NCBI GenBank assembly: GCA_002633005.1
Contig: NMRA01000333.1
Coordinates: forward strand, 278,785 to 342,784
DNA length: 64,000 nucleotides
Reading direction: 5' to 3'
DNA from: Phoronis australis
Lineage: Eukaryota; Animalia; Phoronida
In this document: positions 53,401-64,000 of the stretch, one piece after another
How positions within the stretch are numbered: position 1 is the stretch's first letter
Layout of the letters: every line of letters starts with the position of its first letter
The notes under the pieces: generated by a model
Told to the model about the DNA's origin: nothing
Databases searched by the model: none
What the model saw: only the letters and a program-made list of their open reading frames with translations
Translations under genes and position numbers: made by a program

Positions 53401-56400
53401 GAACTGTACCCACACATGGTACTATGCACCATGACTCATCATCCCGCACTGGAAAACCAGGTAAGTTTTTAAATAAATCGCTTGTTTACACTATGCTCTA
53501 AAAATTTACAAGTATTCGCCTAGTTAGAAAATTGTTGAATTTTGGAGTAAAATTTCCACTTCAATACTCCAGTGATTTGCACTTAATTTTTTTTATTTTA
53601 TTCATAATTTTATCACAATGACTGATTTTCAACACGAGCATACATGTACTAACCCTGACACAAGAGTGTCACTGTTAACACGCACAGTTTAAACTCCTGC
53701 TACTCTGTGTATCTTATTGACAGTTCGGAAGCCCAAGTCTGATTCAGAATACGAGTGCAGTGAGTCGGACAGTGAATCCAGTGAAGTTGACAGTGATGAT
53801 GGTTTTGAAGCTGAGGATAGTGACGTCAGCGATAATGATCATGTCAGGTATGTCATGCACATAATCCTTTGCACTGTTGGATCTGAGATATTGCAAAGGG
53901 ATCACACCCACGAAGGAGAAAACTTTAGGAATTCCATAGAAATAGCATGATATCACTTCGTCTCTTGTGCTCATGTCTTTCGCCATATGATCCTATTCCC
54001 CATCCCCCTAAAGCCTCCTGTATTCGCCTTCCCTCCTAAAGCCACCTGTGCATTCTAATGTTTTAAGTCTTTGTGTGTGGCGTATGAGGTCTAAAATTTA
54101 TTGAAATCATCAATCATGATGAGCAGTTAATGATAGTGTTAATGATTATTACTGCCTGAGTACAGATTTTATTGAGAAAGTCATATACCTAAGAACTGGA
54201 ACATGTTCAACCTTCTAATATAAAAGTATGTGTTACATCAAGAACAGAAAATTAAGAAACGATCTTGTTGGTAAAAGCTTATTTTCCTAGCTTCTAGAAG
54301 TGAGGTGCATCAGTAACAGCTTTGATAGTTTCGACTGGATTTAGTCGTGCACAATCGTTGTCAAAATGTGCCCAGATTTGAACTCTGCAGTGTGAAATGA
54401 ATTGCTTTGTGAGCTCAAGATTTTATGACAATGTGTTTATGCCATGTACTCTGTATTCCATAACTGTTATTAGTTTTTACTTGTTTTTCAGTCAGTCATC
54501 TTCAGCTAAGAAATTAAAACTGAAAAGAAATTCTAAGGAGGAGGAACATGGATGTATGAGAAATCAAGCTCAATGGAAGGTGAATCTTGCGTTTCACTGC
54601 TTACTTCCACTGATATACCAGACTGTCTGCATTGATTTTACAGCAAGTTTCAAAACTTCATCAACCAAAAATGTCTATTATATTGCTATGTGTGTGTAGC
54701 TTTTACTAGAATCCATAGTTGTTAAAATGATCTGAATGTGGTGTTCAGTCAGAGTAACATAATTAAGCCTAATTTGTTTCCCCAATTATGTTAAACGAAT
54801 TGAGGAAAAGTATTGTCCAGCCCTAAGTTATTTGTCTGAGCTTGTTTTTAACTTTTGTAATAGAAATGCTAATTCTGCTCAGCCATGTCCAGTTGTTCTA
54901 GTCTATTACCTTCTGTTATAATCTGTAGTACGTATAATTTTATGTCATTGTATCCACGCTAACAGTTTAGTGCCACATTCTGAGTATGATTTGTTCCAGG
55001 TTGAACAGTTGATGAATATCAAGGCTGTGGCTGAGAAAAACGCACTATTGGAAGCAAAGATACGCACTCTACAAGCGTCCAACGGAGTAAGTAGTAGCGG
55101 TTCCGTCTGCTTTTTTGTTCATGTGTATGTGGTGTTTGTCTGATTTCTGTTGATAAATGTCAAAAACTCGCAGTCAATGCATAGAAAGCTCCAGCCATGT
55201 TTGTTTACTCTCTGTGTGTTGCCTTTCGATAATGCACTTGATTGACTTTGTCGGGTCAATCGGCCGAGACATCTGATTGGTCTGAAAGCTGGAAATCAGT
55301 ATCGAGAATCAGATGTTTTAGTCAGTTGAACTGGTGAAGTCAATCACGTGCAGACATTGCCGTAAGAAGCAAATTAGCCCCTCGGTGCGGGTGGGAATAT
55401 TTTACTTCTAAATGATTTGGTTTTTCTTTTTTATTAAAGCCAGACTTAAGCCCAAATTAGAAAATACTGCTGTAAACTGAAGTCAAATAACGAAATTATA
55501 GCCTGTTCTGAGGTAGATGGTAACAGAAAAATGGAAAAGTTTGAAAAGTATCAGATCGCAACATTCAAAGCTGCCTGTTATCGGGCAAATTTCCTTTCCT
55601 TGCCTAAAACCAGGCAACAAAAAGTAAACTTTTCAAGAAGATTCCATATTCGTGAATTTTGAATACTGCTCAGTAGAATGGCTATTTACAAGAATTCAGC
55701 GCACCACATTTAAGCTTGGGAGAAATTTAAAAAGAAGAAGGTGAAATAGTATTTTGTGTTCTGGAGTGTCGAGCTAAACTGAACTCTTTCGAATAAATAT
55801 GGAAAACGTATATTTCAAACCTATCTGTCAAGTAAAAGTTGGATATACACGTTTGTTTCACATAGCTACATTGTACCAATACTCGCAATACAATGTCAAT
55901 GTGGTGACACGTGTGACAAGAAAGAGTAGTTTGATATGTCATAGCTTCTGCACTTGGACTCGCGTTTACATCAATCTGTGAAACTATCTCATGTCAAGTC
56001 TTGCGTCTATTTAGAATGGTTCCAGCACTAGCAGTATTAGAACACCACATGGCAAAGTACAGGGGGAACTGAAAAAGCTGAAGGCAGAAGTACAAAAGGC
56101 TAGTCCAGCTGCCCTGCTGAAGAAAATTGCACAATTGGTACATTTTACTGCATTACAAGACAAAAGTATTCAGACAAAGTACCATTTCCCCATCACGAGG
56201 GATAGCTACGTTATCAACAAAATGACTGGCAATAACTGTTAGGGCAGCAAAATTCTAACAACCGAATAACATCATTTTTTCGTGTTGATTCACCTCAATT
56301 CTTGGTCATTATTGAGGAAGACCACTCTTGACGACGAATTCAACTTCTGACCAGCCAGCGTGAAGGAGAGTTCGAATCATTTTGTCTGAATAGCTTTGGG

Positions 56401-59400
56401 TTGGAGAGATTGTCCATTGTGGCTGTTTCGTGTCAAATGTCGTGTTTAAGAAAACATGTCTCAAGTCGTATTGAAGGATCAATAAAATATCAAGCCAATT
56501 TATTTGTGTGATATTTGCCTATTTATTCTGTATCTTGAGCCTAACTAGGAAGTCATACCCTTAGGAATGATTTACGTAGCCATCAGTGACATGTACTAGT
56601 GTAAGGTCATTATATGAAATATTTTTCTGTAATCACTGTACATGTTTATTTGTTGCAAATACCAGATATTGTCTATTTGATTTTGAGTGGTTAGGCAGGC
56701 AAATGAAGATAAGTTGTTAAGCTTTCACGTCTGCATTTGTTATCTGCTGTGAACTTTTTTACCTCCATAGGATAAAGACATTGAAGGTTTGAACCCAGTG
56801 CTTAACTCCAACATGTTGCTGGAGGCAGAACTTCGGCAGCTGGTGCACCCTGGTGTCAATCTGACAAACCAACAGTTGGAGCAGAAACGGAAAGAAGGCC
56901 AGGATGAACAGCAGAGACTGGTCAGTGTTCACAGATATTTGTTTAAATCTATCTTTTTTCAAAAAATCAAATTTTGGTTTAGTCCACTTACCGTGCTTGT
57001 CAAGGTGTTCTTATTCATTCATTGCTTAATTATAAGTGATTTCTGAGCTTGGGAACAACTGGCAAATCATTACGAGTTGAAATAATTTGGTTGCGGGCAC
57101 CAGACACTCAGTGGAGCAAAATGGTGAATTGTGAATTCAGCCCACTTACCTTACACACTAATCTTGTAGCTTAAGTATTAGGTCAGCATTGATGTCTGGG
57201 CTTGGGCAGATCTGACTGTTATTGGTTGAGACGAGGCTCAACACATTGGCTTGCCTGGCTGGACCTTTGATGCAACTAGCATGGTATCATGGAGTGTTCG
57301 AAATAACCAGTGGCCTGGGGCCAGTGGATTAGTGGCCAGGCCAGTAAACTTTCACACATGCGCCCTAAGAGGATGTGGTCTCATATTCAAGTAACTAGCC
57401 CAATTGCTGAAGCTCGAACACTTGTCTCAAGCAATTGTCTGATGTCGTCTGCTGACGATGTCATGTCTGTTGGTGATGTCATGTCTGTTGGTGATGTCAT
57501 GTCTGTTGGTGATGTCATGTCTGTTGGTGATGTCATGTCTGTTGGTGATGTCATGTCTGTTGATGATGTCATGTCTACTGATGATATCATGTCTGTTGAT
57601 GATGTCNNNNNNNNNNNNNNNNNNNNNNNNNNNNNNNNNNNNNNNNNNNNNNNNNNNNNNNNNNNNNNNNNNNNNNNNNNNNNNNNNNNNNNNNNNNNNN
57701 NNNNNNNNNNNNNNNNNNNNNNNNNNNNNNNNNNGATGTCATGTCTGTTGGTGATGTCATGTCTGTTGGTGATGTCATGTCTGTTGGTGATGTCATGTCT
57801 GTTGATGATGTCAAGTCTGTTGATGATGTCATGTCTGCTGATGATGTCATGTCTGTTAGGGATGTCATGTCTGTTGATTATGTCATGTCTGTTGATGTCA
57901 TGTCTGCTCTTGATATCATGTCTACTACTGCTTGCCTTTTGTTTTTTGTAGAAAAGTTGTATAATAATGATTTGATTCGGGCCAGAATTGGTTAGTTTCA
58001 TGTAAAATATTTGTTTTTAATATGATAACCTCTAACCTTGTTTTTAAAGGCTGCGCAACAGTTAGCCAAGATGAAACAGTTGGAAGAGGAAAGACTGAAG
58101 AAAGGAGTAGCGCGTGAAGGAGTTAGGTCAAAGGTCATTGCTGATGCTAATGAGGTGGTTGACAAGCTGATGCATAATCTGAGTGTGATAATGCAGGTAA
58201 CGTGTTGTATTGTGCCTATGGTTGGCAATGTGGTTCATAGCCTGGCTGTGGTTATGCAGATAACAGCCTCTGTTCTGGCTATGGTTGGCCATCTCTACCA
58301 TAACCCAGGATTTGTCTCCTGTTTTAATTAACAAAGTACAGAGATAGCACTTGACCTTGTGTACTTTCCTCAGAGTCACGACTGCTCAGGAAAAGATTGC
58401 AGGTCTGTTAGTTATGGAAATGACAAGTGCAAACGTCATTGAAATTTTGTTGTTCGATTTTGAAAGCATGTCTCTTTCGTTATAGAATGGTGGTATTTGG
58501 CCATCAGATCTGAAGACTGCATTGTTACCAGTTGCCCAAGCGGAGCCCGAGATGACCATTACAACCTCAAAACTTGCTTCATCAAAGACACCAGTTGAGG
58601 TAAGACTCTTCAGTTCACTACAGGTTTATGAATACTTCTTGTTCAAACGAACAGTTTGAAATTTGACTTTGCTCAACTATTCAGCAGAAAATCCCAACAG
58701 CATCGTGCATTTTTGAGTTTTGAGTACGCACAAAACAAAATATCTATATGCTTTCTACAGAGTGATCCAAAGACACCGGTAAAGGCAAAACAGCCGGTGA
58801 GTAAAGAGGTAGTAAGTAGCGACACAGGAAGTGAAACCAGCCTAGATGATGTGTCAGCATCGTCTAGTAGCTCAGAAGAGGAGAAGGCAAAAACCCGATC
58901 AAAGCACAAGGGAAAAACACAATCAAAACGCAAGGTAACTTACATTTCAAAAAAGGCGTCAAAGTTTGTTCTGGGTGAAAAGTTGCGAAATTGGAATCGT
59001 AAATTTGTGGCTAATTTTGAAAAGAGTTAGTTGTGTTTTCATCGTAATTACAAAAAGCCACCTTTTTGTTTAAACTACTGCATACTAAAACATTGCTTTT
59101 AGCTTGTCGGGGTCGTAGAATAATTCCATACTTGCTAGTAGTTGAAGAAACAACTAGATCAGAGCAGGTTACTTCCGTGGATAGTACAATTGAGAGCGTG
59201 GCTCATGTGAAGACAGGCAGACAATAGTTTTAGAAAAAGTTGTGAAATATTATCACATTTCATCTAGCTTCATCCGAAATGAATTAGCTAGATTTAAAAC
59301 ATTGAAAGCTAGCCAGAAAGGTTTGCCTTAGAATGTCATCTATTTGTGACTAGACTAGAAATAACTTTTTTTGAAAACTACTGTATAGTGTTCAGTACCT

Positions 59401-62400
59401 TGCATATTGTTTCACACATTAAGAACTCACCATTTAATCTAAAATTCATGTTTTTTCATGTTGCTGATTGTCCATGCCAGTCGTTATTTCTTTAGGCAAC
59501 GTCAGCCAATGACGGGAGGACTAGGCGCGGTAAGAAGGACGCGACCGCAAGCGATGACTCTGACATAGATTTCGCCTACAGTTCTGATAATGAGGCTGTG
59601 ACTTCTAGAAGGACAAAAAAACGGACAACACGGTCTGCAGACATTAAAAAGAACAAAATCCAAAGAAAGACTAAAAGGACGTTGGCAAAATCCGAGAGTT
59701 CTGACTCTTTAGAGTCTGAAATTGAGTTTAATTTTGAAAAACAGAAATTGGAATCTTTAGTTGAATCCGACTCTGACTCTGATGTTGCTGAGGATGCAAA
59801 CGCCAAGTCAAAGGGTTGGAAGATTTCCAAGAAAAACACAAGGAAAAGAAAAAGAGGAAAATCACAGAGTTCTGAAGCTGACAACAAGAAAGGTCAAAGG
59901 TCAACAAATGATGATAATTCTGCATCCGACGACTCTGATGAAGATGTGAGCATTTATCTGAGTTTTCTTGAAAATGGTGGCTTTTTGGGATCGAGCACAC
60001 GTTAAAAAAAATTCTTGTTCCTGGATTTTCAACATTTTCAGTTTCAAGTGCCCATGGTTATGTTATGCTCGGTTTGTCATTCACCTCTTGATTTTCGAGT
60101 TTCTTAATTTTAACGTCCATGGTGTTAACAAGTTAGAATGGATAAAGTTCCTGGTGTCTGACTGATTGGATGGATCAGCTTGCTGCTGTTAGCCGGATTT
60201 ACATAATATCATGAATCTGTAACAATGTATTTGTAAGTTAAAGTCTCACTAATTTAGGACACAAATATGGTGAGCTATTTTTGTTTCTTTATAAAAAGAT
60301 AAATATTACCAAATAAATACTCGCAGTAGTTATGTTATAGAACTAAAAGAATGTTTTATTAGAGATTTTGGGCATTCACTTAAAATTGACAAAACTTTTG
60401 ACAACTGAAAAAAGTTCAAATTTGGTAATTTATTTTTGTTCGAAATTAGTGAGATTTTACTGTATGCAAATGCTGACCACTTAGCTTGTGATAAAAATTC
60501 ATCCAATTGGTATGAGGAAGCATGATTTTGTTGAACTTTTCACCTCTACTTTTGTCTGGCACTCAGTTCCCTGTATTTTGCTCTCATCAGACTTCAAAGT
60601 CACCTCACCAACGGAAGCGTATTCGTAAGTTGATAAAAGCGCGGAAACTGGACACAGCCACAAAGGAGGCGGCACGACTGGAGAAGGAGAGATTGCAGAG
60701 GGTTGAACAGATCAAGAGTCAGGTGAGGAGGGCTCCGTGGGGTCAGGCAGGGCCACTGGGCTTACGTACCAGAGCTCACTCCAGGGAAAAGCTCGTGGAA
60801 TCTCTTAAAGAAAAACGATTTGAAAAAGCACCATTGGCGCTTGTCCTGGATTGTTTTTCATGCCTGGCACCTGTATAACGTATAGGCAAGATTTCAGGAT
60901 ATTCTCAATTTTTAATCTTTAAAGCTAAATATCTCCAGTTAAACTCTTAACAACAGAAAGGCTTCTCTTAAATCTGCCAAAAGTTAAACCTTTTGTTTTG
61001 TCTATCAAATTCCCCACTCCAATGTTTTTTAACAAAATGTCCACTAATTTCTTTGGACAGATTGTCTTCACAAATTTTTGTCTGTTTTGAAAACTGCTTC
61101 CAAACTGGTATTTAATTAATTTATTTATTTCACTCTCAGGTTGTTGCTTGGTTGCAATTAACATTTAGTTTTGATTTCCAGCACAAGGTGGTGCAAGTGG
61201 AGGACCCCACTTCTCCCACCAGGTGTCCTCTCACCACACAGCTGGTGCTGGAGTTTGACAGCAAGGGGAGACCTCTGGTGGAGGTCAGTCAAGGACTTGT
61301 CAAGAAGCTGAAACCACACCAAGTGGAAGGTAAAGAAATTTAGTGTTGGGAGTTTTGTGGAGCTGTTGTAATTCCGTCAGCATACCTGCCTGTGGGTTTG
61401 TCGAACTCTGTGAGAATGACTTCATAGCAGTAAAACAAAAGGGAACATGTAAACAATTGAAAACTATGGTTAGAAATATTATAGGTTTAATTGCTTTTGA
61501 TGTATGGGTGTTAGAGAGTTATCACAATTTTCAGCAAAGAGCATATTTTTACTTTTCTCAGCTGTCCAATTCTTGTGGGACTCCTGTATAGAGACGGTGG
61601 GGTCGATCAAGAAACAGAAGGGATCCGGTTGTATCCTGGCCCATTGCATGGGGCTTGGCAAAACACTGTCTGTGAGTATTGTGAGGGACCACACAAGATG
61701 CTGTGAATATTGGTGAAAAAGACACTGTTGTCTTGATTGATACTGTTTACAAGATGGGAAATGTTGCTAGTGACTCGAATGATTTCACATGTATGAGGAA
61801 ATTTAAGGGATCAGTTTTTGACCACAAACATTATCTAGTTGGCAGCACTTACATATTAAACTGTTTGATTCCCTTGCTTCTTTCGTTTCACTGTAGATAT
61901 TGTCAAGGTGACCAACTCTTCCATAATGTTTTTTGTGTCATTCACATTGACAGTGTTAGTGAAATTGGAAGCAATGAATTAATTTCTAGTTTAATGCTAG
62001 TTGAAAACTGAATCTGTCAGACAATAACTCGCACATCCAGTGGTTGGCTGAATCTGTCAGACAATAACTCACACATCCAGTCTTCATGAAGCTTAAATTA
62101 ATGTTTAGGATGGTTTCCTCATTTCATAAATGTACAAATTGTATCTAAAAACTATACCATTCATTACGCTGGTGCCCTACCCAAATAGTCACCCTAGGAG
62201 GTGTCCTACTGTAATAGTCACCCTAGGACATGTCCTACCGTAATGGTCACCCAAAGACGTGTCCTGCCGTAATAGTCATCCTAGGACGTGTTGTACTGTA
62301 ATAGTCATCCTACCTCGTATCCTACAGTAATAGTCATCCTAGGACGTGTCCTATGGCAATAGTCACCCTAGGACGTCTGTGCGCTATCTCACTAAAGACT

Positions 62401-63469
62401 GTCTTCCTTTAGGTGATCGCCTTCGTCCACACCTTGCTGACTCACATGTGTACACGTATGAAGACATGTCTGGTTGTCTGTCCTCTTAACACTGTGTTGA
62501 ACTGGGAGAAAGAGTGGACTAAATGGCTGACTAAGAAAGACCAGCTCAATGTAGGTTGATGGCGTAGAGCACCGCAAGGGAATTTTTATTTTCTCATTTT
62601 TACTTGCGAGATAACGTGTTGATGTTTCACCATTTTCAAGTTGTGTGTCATAGATACCCTCAAACAACATTTTGAAGTATGCAGGTATTCACAGCAGTGT
62701 TAAAGGCGATTTAAAACAAAATTGGTCAGTTTTAACTATTCATTTTTTAAAAATTATGGAAAAGTCTCGCTAGTTTTGGCCAAAATTGCCATGGCTTTTT
62801 CATTGTCAAGGGATGATGTCTGCAAATTTTCGTAATGCCTCAACTTGGTGCTCCCTGTCCTTCATGAGCTTGGAATAAAAACTTGACTCGTCTCCCATAC
62901 AAGGCTTGAAGCTTTCCTATTTTGGGTTTCCAGCTTCTTCATTTTTTCTCTTTTTATCATTATTTTGACTTCATTCATTCAAAAACATTTGTTTCAGTTA
63001 AATTTTACAACACAAAGAATATTTCTATCATACAAACCTATTTATTTATGGAATGATACATCACCTGGAAAATTTTCCTCTATTTTTGTCACTGTTCATT
63101 CCAAGCCCTGCCCATAGCAAAGTGGTGAGACTTTACCAGCTGTCTTAATGTTTTCTCCATTACAATGGACTAGTCAAGAAATAAATTAACAAAACTACAA
63201 TCTCTTTAGCAAAGATATTGTAATAAAGCCATTCCTTCGTGTTTCTTAAATATGAGATTTGGAGGTGAAATCTGAAGAGAGTCTCATTCTGCAGGTCTAC
63301 CAACTGACTGATACTAAAGCGAACAAGGAGCGCAGTGACATGTTGTTAAAGTGGCACTCAACAGGTGGCGTGATGATCATGGGCTACCAGATGTTCCGCA
63401 TCCTCAGCACATGCAAAGTGCGCAGCGAGAAGATGCGCACCGCATTCCAGACAACTCTCATAGACTCAG
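50458..63469 (+). CDS. ATRX: ATRX-like SNF2 chromatin remodeller with an atypical N-terminus (no ADD domain seen); continues beyond the right edge
   Basis: Phase-consistent GT-AG exons: 50458-50561, 51471-51589, 52405-53460, 53724-53847, 54492-54579, 55000-55086, 56015-56137, 56771-56920, 58050-58196, 58486-58599, 58761-58934, 59496-59945, 60591-60722, 61182-61329, 61562-61671, 62413-62550, 63295-63469 (about 1146 aa). The 3' exons match ATRX: RKRIRKLI, SPTRCPLTTQLVLE, KLKPHQV, GSGCILAHCMGLGKT (Walker A), LVVCPLNTVLNWEKEW, GGVMIMGYQMFR. The helicase identity is high-confidence; linkage of the 5' exons and the start codon are inferred. Confidence 0.8.
50710..50863. mobile_element. MITE-like element (Harbinger-like GGGC termini)
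   Basis: Inverted ends GGGCTTGGTTGCATAAAA and TTTTATGCAACTGGGCCC. Confidence 0.5.
57435..57930. repeat. 18-bp minisatellite (GATGTCATGTCTGTTGGT)n spanning an N-gap
   Basis: Directly visible and intronic. It accounts for the DVMSVG and MSCLLV ORF artefacts. Confidence 0.95.
62184..62378. repeat. 29-bp tandem repeat, about 6.7 copies, just upstream of a helicase exon acceptor
   Basis: AATAGTCA(C/T)CCTAGGACGTGTCCTACYGT units. Confidence 0.9.
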
Positions 63470-64000
63470 GTAGGTGGCGCTCTATGACGATGGAGTTCCT
63501 CAATGCATGGACCGTTTTATGGTTTCTCAAACATATTTGATATTGTCATGCTCCGAGCCATGATGTCTCGTAGTTATGTAATTGGTCATTTGCTGTAATT
63601 GAAACTCCATTTTTTGGAGAAATATAAGCACCTCGTGTTTAATTACTTATTTTGATTATTTATTTACCTAAACATCATTCAACAAAGAGTGGACTCACCG
63701 GAGACAGCCCAAGAGTTGTTATCTCTGCGGCGACGGATGTTAACGTTGTGTCTCCAATGAGTTGCCAGCAGTCACTGGTACGGTGCGCGGCTTTAGACGC
63801 TCTGCGGCTGGGTTAAAGATCTTTTATAGGCCTAACTATCCCCAATTCCCGTACCAGAATGAATTTCAAAAATAACTTGACTTGGCTGCGTCAGATGTGA
63901 TATGCGACGTTGATGTTGAAATTGCGCCATATTTTTATGTTGATTTCCTTTGTTGGTTTATAATTCATATATTGCAATGTAGGCATCCAGGGGAGGCTTG

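Noticed and set aside
57310-58001. DVMSVG / MSCLLV / TSPTDM repeat ORFs
   Set aside because: Intronic minisatellite that is open in several frames, with no splice support.
62184-62378. 29-bp repeats resembling a CRISPR array in unit size
   Set aside because: Head-to-tail with no unique spacers, in a eukaryotic intron, with no cas genes.

Overview
Intron-rich eukaryotic (metazoan, probably invertebrate) genomic DNA with three N-gaps. By manual splice-site and phase tracing I find four protein-coding genes and one tRNA. (1) The 5' part of a TIMELESS/timeout (TIM2) gene on the minus strand, 14 coding exons at 2314-12877, continuing off the left edge. (2) tRNA-Thr(CGT) at 14947-15018. (3) A complete Enhancer of polycomb (EPC) gene on the minus strand, 21466-41428, MSKLSFRARALD...MEVT*; four of its exons appear twice either side of an N-gap, probably as uncollapsed alleles. 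(4) An RBBP9-like serine hydrolase lying head-to-head with EPC, with no introns in the visible part. (5) A long plus-strand gene whose 3' exons are the ATRX SNF2 helicase but whose 5' exons show no ADD domain; they carry a decayed THAP (THAP12-like) zinc finger and a probable coiled coil, all phase-compatible with the helicase exons. Non-coding highlights are two Helentron-associated (HINE/Pearl-like) elements carrying co-oriented CTCF-consensus motif arrays, several MITE-like hairpins, a SINE-like element, and tandem repeats that copy exon ends together with their splice donors. All gene models are inferred by eye and have not been checked against transcripts.
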